From: Octopus sinensis
Taxonomy: Eukaryota
Length of the DNA stretch: 64,000 nucleotides
Direction: 5' to 3'
NCBI RefSeq assembly: GCF_006345805.1
Contig: NC_043019.1
Coordinates: forward strand, 16,925,360 to 16,989,359
In this document: positions 25,940 to 39,100 of the stretch, piece by piece
Numbering within the stretch: position 1 is the stretch's first letter
Layout: each line of letters opens with the position of its first letter
Position numbers and translations under genes: made by a program
The notes under the pieces: model-generated
Database searches by the model: none
What the model was told of the DNA's origin: nothing
What the model saw: only the letters and a program-made list of their open reading frames with translations

Positions 25940-28900
25940 ATATATATAAATATAAATACAAAGAAAGTATTGTGGTTCAGTTCACAGGTGATCTAAATGA
26001 TTAGGGAGGCTAGGTAAGTGCTGTAACGGATGCTCCTTCCGATGCAGCAGATATAGAATTGTTAAAGAGGACAACAAACGTGAAGGCAAGTCAAACATCT
26101 CAATTCATACACTTTATTATAATTAGTCTTACAGCTGTTTCTGGGATATCCCCCGAGTATGGGATATTCCGTTATCAGAGACATATAGGGAAAATGAGAA
26201 GGGTATGAATTGATGAAATGACGACATAGAGGAAGGGAGTAAAAGGATGAGGAGATGGAAAGAGAGAAGGAAAAAAGAAGCATAAAAGTTCATAGTTCAA
26301 CTTTCCGATGTTGTAGAAAGAAGTGCATAAGTCCTTAGGTTCAATCCTGCGTGGATCCATGTGGGTTAAAATCCTGATAGTGTAAACATCCAGAGAAAAA
26401 AGACGTAAACATATCAACGTTGATATGGTAGGGGAGGTGGTTATTAAGTGGTAAAAGGAAAGAAAAGTAAATGACTGGAAAGAGAGGTAGTTAGAGTGAG
26501 GGGGAGGGGGTTTAAGGATAAAATAAGGTGTATAAGCATATGGTGTCTAAGAATATTGCGTACAGGGGTAGCCGAGAAGATAAGAAGGAGGATGAGGAGG
26601 TAGAGAAAGATAATTAAGCAAATGTGGTGAGTTGAGGGTTTCTTTTAAGCTGAGTCCACAGATGGAGTGTTGGCCCTGATACGGGATATCAGCGTCTATT
26701 ATAAGCCCAGCAAAGTCTATATTGTATTTTTCTATTAATTAGATGGTGTACATGGCTGGCTAATGATGCGGAATGACTATTCTTTTTATATTTAAATGAG
26801 TTTAAATGTGCATAATATCTTTGTTTAAAATTTGTAGTAGCTACCTTTTAACCCACAACTCCCCACAATTGCTTAATAAACACAACGAAGCCTTCACTAC
26901 GTGTAAGCACAAATTCTTCTGCACTTTCAAATTCTTTCATAAATCTAAATCTAAATAACACCCACATAGAATGCTCCATGATCATTAACACCTACCCTTC
27001 TATATCTCTTATATCTACCTTACCTCATCACCTTGTAAGATAAATATTAATTATTTAATTTATTTTTAAACCTTAACCCAATAAATCCCCTAATATCTAA
27101 TTCTAACTCCCACTCATAAATAATTCAACATTCAACTAGCTCCTCCATTCTTGACCACCTACACACCCATAACCCCATTGCTAAAAATAACTCTACAGCC
27201 ACTGACCTTAGCCAGAACAGACACAAGCATTTACCCCTGTACGCAATATTCTTAGACACCATATGCTTATACACCTTATTTTATCCTTAAACCCCTTTCC
27301 CCCTCACTCTAACCACCTCTCTTTCCTTTTACCACTTAATAGCCACCTCCGCTACCATATCAACGTTGATATGTTTATGTCTTTTTTCTCTGGATGTTTA
27401 CACTATCAGGATTTTAACCCACATGGATCCACGCAGGATTGAACCTAAGGACTTATGCACTTCTTTCTACAACATCGGAAAGTTGAACTATGAACTTTTA
27501 TGCTTCTTTTTTCCTTCTCTCTTTCCATCTCATTCTTTTACACCCTTCCTCTATGTCGTCATTTCATCAATTCAAACCCTTCTCATTTTCCCTATATGTC
27601 TCTGATAACGGAATATCCCAGAAACAGCTGTAAGACTGAATCTTTTCCAAAAATAATAACGTATATGACTTGAGATGTTTGCCTTGCCTTAATGTTTGTC
27701 GTCCTCTTTATTATATATGTATATATATACTCAAAAATAAGCAACAAGAATGACTCCGGTAATTTGGTACGATCGTTTCGTACTACATCATTTTATTAAA
27801 TGTTGTAAGTATTACAACAGATTTAAGATGCTGAGCTCTCATCAGCCAATTATAGAGGTTTTCCATTAATACAAAAATTTTCATATCAAGTGGCAACATT
27901 ATAGAGAAGGTAGATATAAAGACAAAGATGTGGATTTAAATTTTAAGAATATATAAGGGACTCCACTACCTCAAATGTTCTTAAAATTTAAATCCACATC
28001 TTTGTCTTTATATCTACCTTCTCTATAATGTTGCCACTTAATTTGAAAATTTTTGTATTAATGGAAAACCTCTATAATTGGCTGATGAGAGCTCAGCATC
28101 TTAAATCTGTTGTAATACAACATTTAATAAAATGATGTAGTACGAAACGATCGTACCAAATTACCGGAGTCATTCTTGTTGCTTATTTTGATTATAATCA
28201 CCCCACAGATTTTCATGGATAACACCATACAAAATTCTGGTGCATCTAAATTCAGTACCATATTCATTTGAATATATATATATATATATATATACACATA
28301 CACACATTAGTGTGAATGCTTTCATTTGTCATTAATTAATGGAAATAATGTAAGCAACAAATACCAACTTAAAATATTTCACACACACACAAAAGAAAAA
28401 AGGAGTACAAGAAAACAAAATGTGTGACCTCAGCTGTGTGGTGTGTGTGTGTGCGTGTGTGTGTGCAACATTTTGAAGATGGCTCCTCGTAAGCCACCTG
28501 TAAATTTTGTTTCTGTGTTGTATTCTGAAATGTTGTCAGTTTCCATTATCCTTCACCTTTATTTTCCTTGTAATGCCACTTAATAGTTTTACTATTCAGC
28601 ATTTCTAAATATTCAGAGTTAGGTCTTTGACTGGTGAAATGTTAGTGTTGTTGTTGTTGTTGCGTTAATTCCAGTTGAACCCTGACCGAGCAGAGACAGG
28701 TCCCTCAGGGAGTTCCAAATATGCCAAACTTACCTTCACTACAGGTTCTTTTATTTTTTAAGTAGACACCCCCCCCTTCACTTTCAGGTTGTGTTTGTGT
28801 GTTTGTGTTTAAGCATGTGGTTTGATTCATGTTGAGGTATTCAGAACATTTTGTGATGCATCATTATTGGCTGACTAGAATTCTAGCCAAGACCATTCTG

Positions 28901-31900
28901 TACACTCTTTAGTTCTTGAGTTATCCAGTATATTCAACCATTTTTAAGATGGCAGGCAAAGCTTGAGGGTGATTTTGTTGCTATTTCTAGCAGGTTTCTT
29001 TTGATGTAAAACTTCATATAGAATAATATAATAGTCTGGTACTTTGGGAGACCAAACTTATTATTAAAATAGTTTTTTTTTATTATTAAAAAAAAAAAAG
29101 AAAGAAAAAAAAAAGAATTGCCTCAAATTGTTCCTTTGAAACCAATCACTTTTGTTATGTTAAGAATAGTTTTGTTTTCGTTTTGAATGTTTATTCTTGC
29201 AGTAAAAGACTTCCTGATAACTTCAACATTCTCATTATTAACAGTCTGTGTTCATCCAGGTGTATTTGCTGTCAAAGATTAATTGATTTCATGAAACAAG
29301 GTTTAGGGATATTTTGTTCGAAATATGAAATACAAGCTGATGAACCCATAAACCTTATTCATATTTTGCATTCAAATAAATCCACGATTGTGTAGTTTGG
29401 TACTTTTGTTCTTTCTTTTCACCAACAACTGAAGTTTAGAACAGAACCAGCAAAGTTGCGAGTTCAGCTGCAAACATTTGTTGTTTTCGTTTTCTTCTTT
29501 TTTTTCCCCTCCATATTTTCTGTAGAGACTTGATTCCTTCGAAATGTCAAACCACATTTAACACTGCTGCCATTGCAGTGACTTATGAAAGTTCGTTTCA
29601 CATCACAAGATTGGATTCATAGCAAACAGTTGTTGGAGTCGGACTCTAGTCAGACTCATAGCAGACTCTGTGAATATTTCCAGTTGTGTGGTGCAGTGCA
29701 ACAGCTTTTCAAACGATCAAAAATTTTAATATGCAAAGATGGGACTCCCTCCATTCATGGTCTTACCTCTTCTCTTTGGAGTGTATTCTCGATCAAAATA
29801 ACTCCCATCTTGATATCCACTTTTTCTCCTAGAGATAAACAAAAACACAGCTAGAAGCAAACATAAATGAACAGAATAATATGAATATAAAGTATGGCTT
29901 CTATGCATTTCCTCTCAGTTTAAGTGTTGGATGTGTATACATGTAAAGCATAAGAGATGACAGCTTCTTTCAGCAGGGCAGGTTTTTATAACTTGAATGG
30001 TGTGTAACATGTATTTGGATATGATGTGCTGCAGTGATTATTTTTATGGGAAATACTTCTCCCAAACGCAAAAACAACAAACCAAAAGACAAAACCCTCG
30101 ATAGCAAAGTGACAGTACTACCCACTTTATAGATTCGTAGAACCCGATTTAATACTTATCCAATGTAAGGCAGCAAGCTGGCAGAATCGGTAGCATGTCA
30201 GACAAAATGCTTAGGGGCATTTCATCCATCTCTGTGTTCTGAGTTCAAATTCCACCAAGGTCGACTTTGCTTTTCATCCTTTCGGGGTTGATAAAACAGG
30301 TGTCAGCTGAGTACTGGGGTCGATATAATCGACTTACCTGCTGCTCCCGAAATTGCTGGCCTTGTGCCAAAATTTGAAATCAATACTTATAATCCAGTTT
30401 TCCAATTATAAGTTAAACAGTGACAATAGATTTTTCACTGAGTGACAGAGAGAGAAAGAGAGAAAGAAAGCGGGAGAGCACTTGCCATTTAGCTTTAGGA
30501 TTGTATGATTCTCACCACAAAATGATCTTTGAGAGGAAATGTGGAAGAAAATAAGGAGAAATAAAGCCTTAGTCGTGAATATTCTCTCAGGAGTTGAAAC
30601 CTAAAACAGCAGTTGGCTGCTGCTGTTAGTGTTTTGCAACAGCAAAGGCTCTTTCCTGATTCTCATCAACAAAATATGCAACATTAAAAGAGAACCGTTG
30701 CACATTATGCCTGATGTCTTCGTGCAAATTCTTACCTAAATTGCACAACAAAATCCTGGCCATTCTAAATATTTAGAATCATTGTAGTAGATGGAAATTA
30801 TCAAAGTTTTCCAGACTTCAAAAGATGGTCAGTTTGTTAGATTTCTCCAGTAAAGCCTCAAAAGTATTAAATTATAATTCAAATTCCATGGCTTCTGTAT
30901 TTTCTACTCATCATCTTCTGGTTTGTTGTCATGTCTGCTCCTCTTCCTTTCTTCTTAACATGTCTCTCTCTTACAAAACAACACGCTAGCTTTAAACATT
31001 ATTTTGTATGGCTAACATTTTGTTGGGTTCACACCAAACAATAAACGAAAGATTTGAAATGAAATAGCATTTCATTTCTATCGTTTCCTTTTGCCGCTTA
31101 CAGCCCACAGCCAAACATGTAGTGTGTGTGTGTGTGTGTGTGTGTTACAAAAAAAAAAAAAAAACACTAGCAAAGAAAGGAGAAGCTCGTCATGTAAATG
31201 CTGCTCATTAACCTAAATATTTATAATGATGATAGAATAAATTATTATTGTGTTCCAGTGTTCTTCTTCAGAGTCCCAGAGTAAGGGTTGCCCTCTGCCA
31301 AAAGCTCGTGTATAGGTTTGTATTTATCAGCTGTAAAAATAGAGTTTTACATGCAGAAAGAAGTTCTTGCCTGGGCCCTTGCTTCCAAGAAATCCACATT
31401 TCTTGCAATATTCCTCGTTTGTTGTTGAAGTGAAACAGTGTCCCTCTTCCTATGCAGGCAATGCCACACCTGTTGTTTATCGGTGTCATCCCACCTGTCA
31501 TGAAATCTCAGTGATTCAGTCACATGGACATCGACTCTGAAAGGGCTTCTCTTGTCAGATGTGGTGATGCAGACAGTAAACAATATTGGTAACAGGGCAG
31601 ATGATGTGGACGTTACAAAGAATGTGACAGGCCAGCAATCAACAACATATGCGTAAATACTTCAAAGGAATAAGAAAGGATTTCCCCAGCATTGCAGGTT
31701 TCAGCTAATAGGCAATAAAACACCAATAAAACTGTTCGCCCAAGACATCACAGTGTACTATAACCTTCATTGATCTTCGGAGACTTTCTATAGGTAACAG
31801 AATAGAATTTTCCTTTCTTTGTAATTCATTTGTTTGTATCTGGAATAATACAGCAGATGCAGACTAAACTGGCCACTCAGCTAATTAAAAAAAAACACTC

Positions 31901-34900
31901 ATTATTTAACAAACTGCAATCACTCTAATTAACCATGTCAATGGTTTGTTTTCTTTGCATCGTCAGCCATTCCAGTGGTTTCTTCTGCTCATCTGAAGTA
32001 GGGAGTTCCATCACCCCTTTTGTCTTCTTGCACTATCTCACCATCAGATCCTCCACCAAACACCTTGTCCAATCATTCCAACTTCAAGCGAGTCCACCTC
32101 TTGAAATCCATTCCTCTTAACGATCAAGAGGACCAACAAACATGCATGGTCATTGCCATGTCCACTTCAGATTAACAAAAGAACAACAGAGCACCTCTGA
32201 CTGTCTGTTAGGGTCCACCTGGAGAACCAGAAAACAACTCATTCCTAAGCAGTATTGACAGAATCAAGAATCTCTTCAATTACTTGGCAATCCATCGAAT
32301 CTCACCTGTATACACCTTTAATATCAAATACTCGATCGTGTATCAGTATTATACTGCAACTAATCTTCATAAAGAATATACAATATTCATTCTAAAGGTA
32401 TTTAGGTTCTTAACTCTTCATGAAATAACTTGTCTTTACAGAAATACTTAAGAATATTTACCCATGCAAAGGATCTTACTTAAAGATGCACAACATTGTT
32501 ATATTTATGTAATTTAAATTCTAAACACAGATGGGTTTAGAAATCAAAAAACTAATTAATTAGCTTAGGCCGAGAGACTGGACAGCAGCAAATGTTTCAC
32601 AGAATATTTACTATTTACAACTCAGAACTGGTGGTGTTGATTCCAACCCTAATAGTCCCTTCCCTCCAGTTGTGCAGCCGAGTGGCAATGTCAAGAACTG
32701 ATAACTACAATTACGTTAGGGTTAGGGTATTTTAAAAGAAAGTACTTACCTTGGAGATCCTGCAAGCCTGGCGCTAATACTATGGCGCAGGTCATCAGGA
32801 TTATGTTGCACACGTTCCATCCGCTCCCAATCCCTTGACTCACCCCGGCTGGATTCAGGATATGCAGGCATTCCACTACCATAGTAGTGTGGAGAACTAT
32901 TTAGTGGCCTCATCCTTAGATAAATAAGAAATGGGATAAGGGCTTAACGCTTACTAAGAAATCAACAAGAAAATCAATCCAGAATGTGAGCCAAGTTTGG
33001 AATGGTGCTTACACAGTAACATACATCATCAGTAAAACACTGCAGCAAGAATACTGCTTCAATGAATAACATTTTCCCTTCATCCACGTTTATTTATGAT
33101 GTAGAAATAGAAGCTAATCAACTGGATTTGGAAGATATGTTAACAATATTGAATTCTTGAGGATTTTTCATTTGTATAGAATTCTAGCCAACTGCTTGTT
33201 TGACACTTTTATGTTAACATGCAAGTATTTCATCAATTGATTGAATTCTTGGAACTAATGAATGTGGTCTTCAACCAATTTATAAAATTTCTTTTAATGT
33301 TCTTCCAAAGAAACACTATTTCGCAATGTCTCATTTTGCTGCAGTATTTTCTATCTTTCTTTCTTTTGGTATCTTTCGAAACTCTTAAAATCATCCATGA
33401 ATTTTTGTCCTTCTTTCGTAAGTGGTAAATGTTGAAACAGCTTCTCATGTTTATTAAAATTTAAATACAATTTTTCAAATATTTATCATTGAATGAAGTT
33501 TAAAGAGAATTGTATTTTTTAAAAATGAATTCTCAAAAGTTCTGGTTGTATATTTTTCCTTTGCAATTGTGTGTCTGTGTGGATGGGTTAATTTTTTTGA
33601 TGATATAGAAACATTTCACAGGGAAATCCCTTTTAACAGGGCACAAAGAATTCATGGAATTGGTAATTTGTACTTTGTTAAATGTTTCTGACTTGTTTTT
33701 CCATGAAAAGCAGTTCGTTAATGGCAGTCAATGTTTTGACAAATTACATTTTCAGACAAATAAAACCATTTCATCTTCCTCATCCAAATAGTGAAATGTT
33801 ATCGATATTTTTTATCAAACAGATTTGATAAACTACAAGTTAAGCAACAACCAATTCCTCTTAATTGTAAACAGTTCAAACATTAGAATAACTTTTTTAT
33901 GCTATAAAGAACCATTATTTTCTGTAAGTCACAAAAAGATATTGTTCATTTGTTGTTTTTTGATATCTTGTGCAAGGTTTCAATGGCAAATATTGTGTAA
34001 CTGTTTCCTTTTCCCCCCTTATATATACACACACATACACATATATATATCCAGTCCCAACTTAGAAATTTAAGAAACAAGTTTAAACAATCAAATCAAA
34101 GAAACCTGTCTCAAAATTTGATTTAACCAGCAAGAATTCAGGAGGGTTGCTTTTCCAAACTCTTTGTGTAATATATTATTTAGTTGATAATATTTTTATG
34201 TTTGTTTGTATTTTAGACATATGATTAAGTATGCACACTGAGTAGATGTAATTTCTTAAAGAGAATCAAAGCTACATTAAAAGACTTTCTGGTGTTTGGT
34301 TAGTTTCTAATTGTCAATATTTAGTTTAGTTATAAAGAGATTCTGTCTATATTAAAAGTGGTGCCATCATAGTAATCTATGATGTACCAATTCCAGGAAA
34401 ATTTTCACTGTTAATTTCTAAAAAAATATTTCTGTTTGGGTTTGTACCTCCCCCCCCCTCTCCTCATTACAATCCCGCTTTTTGGTGTCATTCACGCAGA
34501 TATACTCTTTTCTCTCTTTTACTTGTTTCAGTCATTTGACTGCGGCCATGCTGGAGCACCGCCTTTAATCGAGCAACTCGACCCTGGGACTTATTCTTTT
34601 TGTAAGCCCAGTACTTATTCTATCGGTCTCTTTTGCCGAACCGCTAAGTAACGGGGACATAAACACACCAGCATCGGTTGTCAAGCAATGCTAGGGGGAC
34701 AAACACAGACACATATATATACATATATACAACAGGCTTCTTTCAGTTTCCGTCTACCAAATCCACTCACAAGGCATTGGTCGGCCTGGGGCTATAGCAG
34801 AAGACACTTGCCCAAGGTGCCACGAAGTGGGACTGAACCCGGAACCATGTGGTTGGTTAGCAAGCTACTTACCACAGAGCCACTCCTGCGCCTATATTTA

Positions 34901-36124
34901 TTTCTTTAACGATATCCCTTCAACTAACCAGACAATGAAACAAATAAATGCTGACTTGTCTGAGGAGACTTGGATGCAATATAGAATGGGTCAAGCAACC
35001 AAAACCGTAGACGTGGGTGCAGACGTAAAGAAGCAGATGTGCAAAACAGGGAAACAGGTGCCAACCAAAAACAAAAAAAAAACACCAATCTTCCAATATC
35101 ATAACTTTCTCTACTTTTTTTTTGGGGGGTCATCTCATATAATATGACAAAAACTATATTTTCTTAAGCTACAGAAAATGCTTTGGCCCTGACCAATTGC
35201 TGACCCTCTACAAGATGAAATAAAACCTACACTAGAAGGACTTCTTCACATCCAAAAGAAGGTCGTCTACCAGATTTGCAAAGACTCATTCTTCACTCTG
35301 CCTAATCATTGATACTCTGATTGCATCCCTTCCTCAGTATTTCCACAAGGGCCGCACGCTCCCAGCAACCCTACTTTAACCTCTCCTCGCCACTTTGTTC
35401 AATTCTTCCTTCTGAAAGTATCAACTTTCTGGAATTTTCTGAAGGAAGAGCACTGCTACCAGTCTATTTAACGAATATTTAAATTACTGTAATACATGTA
35501 TTAATTAAAAATATTTAGATTAAGGATATATATATGAGTGTGTGTGTGTGTGTGTGTGCGTGCGTGTAAGAATAAATTCTCAGATTTAGTTGATTTTCAA
35601 TTTGTAAAACAACCCAGTAAGATGATTAAGACTGAAGTGAGGAGAGAAAAGATTTGGTTCAGTGGTGCAACAAAATGATGATTTGTCATTCTCCTGCAGT
35701 CTGTAACATTTAGACAATTAAATGTCCTGATAAGGTTCTGTGAAGTAATTTGAAGCAATCCAGCCATAATAATCTTCTTGTCCAAAGTTAGCACAAATCA
35801 GTGAGTTAGAGAAATGTTTCAGTGTTGTTTAATGGCAGCAACAGAATTCATAAGATAGAAGAGTCTTTCTGTCAGGTTTGTTACAATAAGAAGGTAAAAA
35901 AAAAAAAAAGGGGACCCAATCAGCAGATTTGTCCATTGGGTCCAGTTAGCAATTCTTCAAATCTATCACCAAAAAAAATGTTAAAAGACAAAAATTCTGA
36001 TCTTTTCCGTTGAAATACTTCTGGACTTGTTTTCATTATTAATTCAAAGATTACTGCAATAGCAATCATGGTGCACCAGTGCAGTATGAAACGGAAATAG
36101 TCTTTTCATTGAGACAGACACAAA

Positions 36125-36166
<42 letters not shown>

Positions 36167-39100
36167 ACCAGCCATAAATTAAAAAAAAGAAATAATGTAT
36201 TATTACATTATGAAGTTTTTTTCTTTTATAAATTGTTCTTTTTATCTTGTTTAGAAGAAAACATAATCTGATTGCTTCAAATAGGTAACAAGATGGAAGA
36301 AATATTTCCCCAATATAAAATATTTTCACTGACAAACAATAGGAGTTGTTAATCAGTTATGGCAAGAAAACATCTTCTCTTAATGCATGAAAATTTTCAA
36401 TATTTCTTTGCTGATGCCAAACTCTTTGTTTTCAAAGACAAACAGTGCACACAATCATTAAAATTGGGGTAAAATACAGTCAATAATTTTTATCATTTTG
36501 AATTTACGACAACAATAACCTCCATTCTGTAAAATTTCTGCCCTAGATCAAGTAGCTCTAGGAGTACCCCAGCTTTATTGTCTTTAGCCATTGTGTTTCT
36601 TGGAATTCATTATACAATGTCCCCTTCTCACTTTCAAAGAAGGTTGGGAATTATTTCTAGCAGATTTGAACGACCACTTAGAGGCTCTTTTGTTGGTTTA
36701 TTTTCCTTTCTTTTTTTTCTATAGACTTAATAAAAAAAATTTTAAATATTTTTTTCCTTTCTCGTATATTTAATCATTGTAGATTTTGCAGATTTCACAG
36801 TTTTAAATATTTCATGATTTCTAATCATAAATTGCATATAATTTCAGAGCACTGTTTCCCATGCTGCAATCATTTCCGAATATGAATGAGTTCAAATCTT
36901 GCCAAAGTCAACTTTATCTTCCGTCCTTCTGGTATTGATTAGAGAGGTATCAATACCCAGGTATTGATCCAGTTCACCAGACAAATCTATGGCATCATGG
37001 TGCCAATGTTGCAATTCATTGCCTTTCTTATTAAAACGGTTTGGATCACCAAAAGACTGTCTTTTTTTGTTTTTTTTTTTACTTTTTAGTTGTACCACAT
37101 TCCTGGCAATAATCATAATTAATTGCATCAAGGTCATTATTTAACTCTAATTAGACTTTGTAGGTAATAGTAATGTTCTACCAGGGCACGACCACTTACA
37201 TGAATAAAAGACATGAACGTCCTCAAAGAACGATATGAACAAATCTAGTTTCCATCACATACACAGAGAGGGAAATGTGGCTAAGTCACTGGGTAACAAA
37301 ATAATTGGTAGCTGTGGCATGAGAAATTCATTAATAGATACAGCAAAATATAAGTTCAGAATGAAATTTTGTCAGATTAAAGCATTTAGGAAATTAAGCC
37401 ATTGCTGATAACGAGAACTGGGATTATCATCAGCCCAGTAAATGAACTGATTTCTATTAGAGCGAACCAAATGAAAATAAAATAGCAATTACCACGGAAT
37501 GAGCACAAATTATCAAAACAACACTTACCTGCTTTCTCCCATCCAGCGATCATGGCTACTTCTTTGATTAGATAATGACCGAGAGCCTTCATATCCTTCT
37601 TTAGGATTTCTATAAAAGATTTCCATCAAATCCATCAAGTAACTTCATTAAATCTTGGGTTTGCAATGGCTTTTAGCTTCAGCAAAACTATTTTATTTTT
37701 CTCAAAACTTAATTTTAATTTCTATGAATACAAATAAATATTTGATCAGAGCAATAAATTTCGGTTACAATTCTTTTATTCATTCATGTGTTTCAGTCAC
37801 AGGACTGAAGTCATGCTGGAGCACCATCTTGCAGGAACAAAGCTATGTTTTTTTTCTTTTTGAAGTGTGCTACTTGTTCCATTGGGCTCCTTTTGCCAAA
37901 TAACTAAGTTACAGGGATGTAAACAAACTGACACCGACTTTCAAGCAATAAAGGGCAAACACAATACGTGCCCCCACACACACACACACTTTTATTACAC
38001 ACCTGCTTCCCTTGCTTGTTTTGGTAAGACAAATAAATTGTTTTATCCTTGCCTGTTTTACAAGTAAGGGATCTCTAATGCTATACGACTTTGAAAAGCA
38101 CAGAGTGAGTGCACCAGGCACAACTTCTGCACAAGCAATCATAGATGTAAACACACACACACACACACACACACAGCTGACCCAGGGCTATAGTAGTAGA
38201 TCCTTGCCCAAAGTGCCATGCAGTGGGACTGAACCTGAAACTATATGGTTGTGAAGTGATCTTCTTAACCACACAACATGGCCTATGCCTATTGTGTGAA
38301 TAATTTACACAAGAGAAACATTTATTTATTGAAAATCTGTGTTAGGAGCAGGTCGATAATGTAAACAATATCAATGAAATAGTATGTTGTCAACTGAATG
38401 TGACAGTCCCATGAAAGGGAAGAATGCTACTGTTATTTAGCCCTAGGAAACAAAGTATCCTGTTGGACTGGACACATTTCCTGTATCCTTATGTTTTCAA
38501 AGTGGAGACAAGCACCCCCACCCATCCACTAGTGTTCTTCCCTTTCATGGGACCGTCACAAGTCGACAACATACCACCACTTCATTCGTGCTGCTACTGC
38601 ATAAATCTGAGACATTTAGAAATGTATTATTTCTAATATCAATGGACTTTTAGACTGTGGTATTTCGTCCAGGTAAGGTCACTTTAAAGAGGGAGAGTGT
38701 TAAAAAAACACAATGTACCTCAAAAACCAGAGGAAACGTATGACAGATATTGATATTTCACTGTTATTTCTGCTCATCGGTGCCATGTACTGGATTCACT
38801 ACCAAAGCAAAATTGAATTGCTGGTCTCAAGTTTCAAAGCATTTAACAACACTCATACATTAAATAAGTAACATGGAGAATGTTTACATTAAAGAACTGC
38901 TATGTAACACAAAATCTGCAATTTTGTTTTATTTGCATATCACTTTTGCAGATCAGCAGATATATTTTACACTCCCTGTATATCTGTTTATACTACAGAC
39001 CAGCAATTCGAATTTGGAAATGAATTGAATATATGGAATTGATGAGCAGAAATAACTGCAAAATATCAATGTCTGTTGTTCTCGTTCACCTCCAGGGCAA

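Noticed and set aside
32715-32728. Telomeric TTAGGG repeats
   Set aside because: Only two units.
30655-32970. Tra/Tra2 dsx-type elements (..CAATCAACA-like at ~30661, 31636, 32960)
   Set aside because: They lie on the plus strand, antisense to the gene, and match only partially. I saw no sense-strand cluster.
36129-36164. 36-nt poly(A) run as a retrocopy tail
   Set aside because: No upstream processed-gene body or TSD recognised. It reads as a U-tract in the minus-strand intron.
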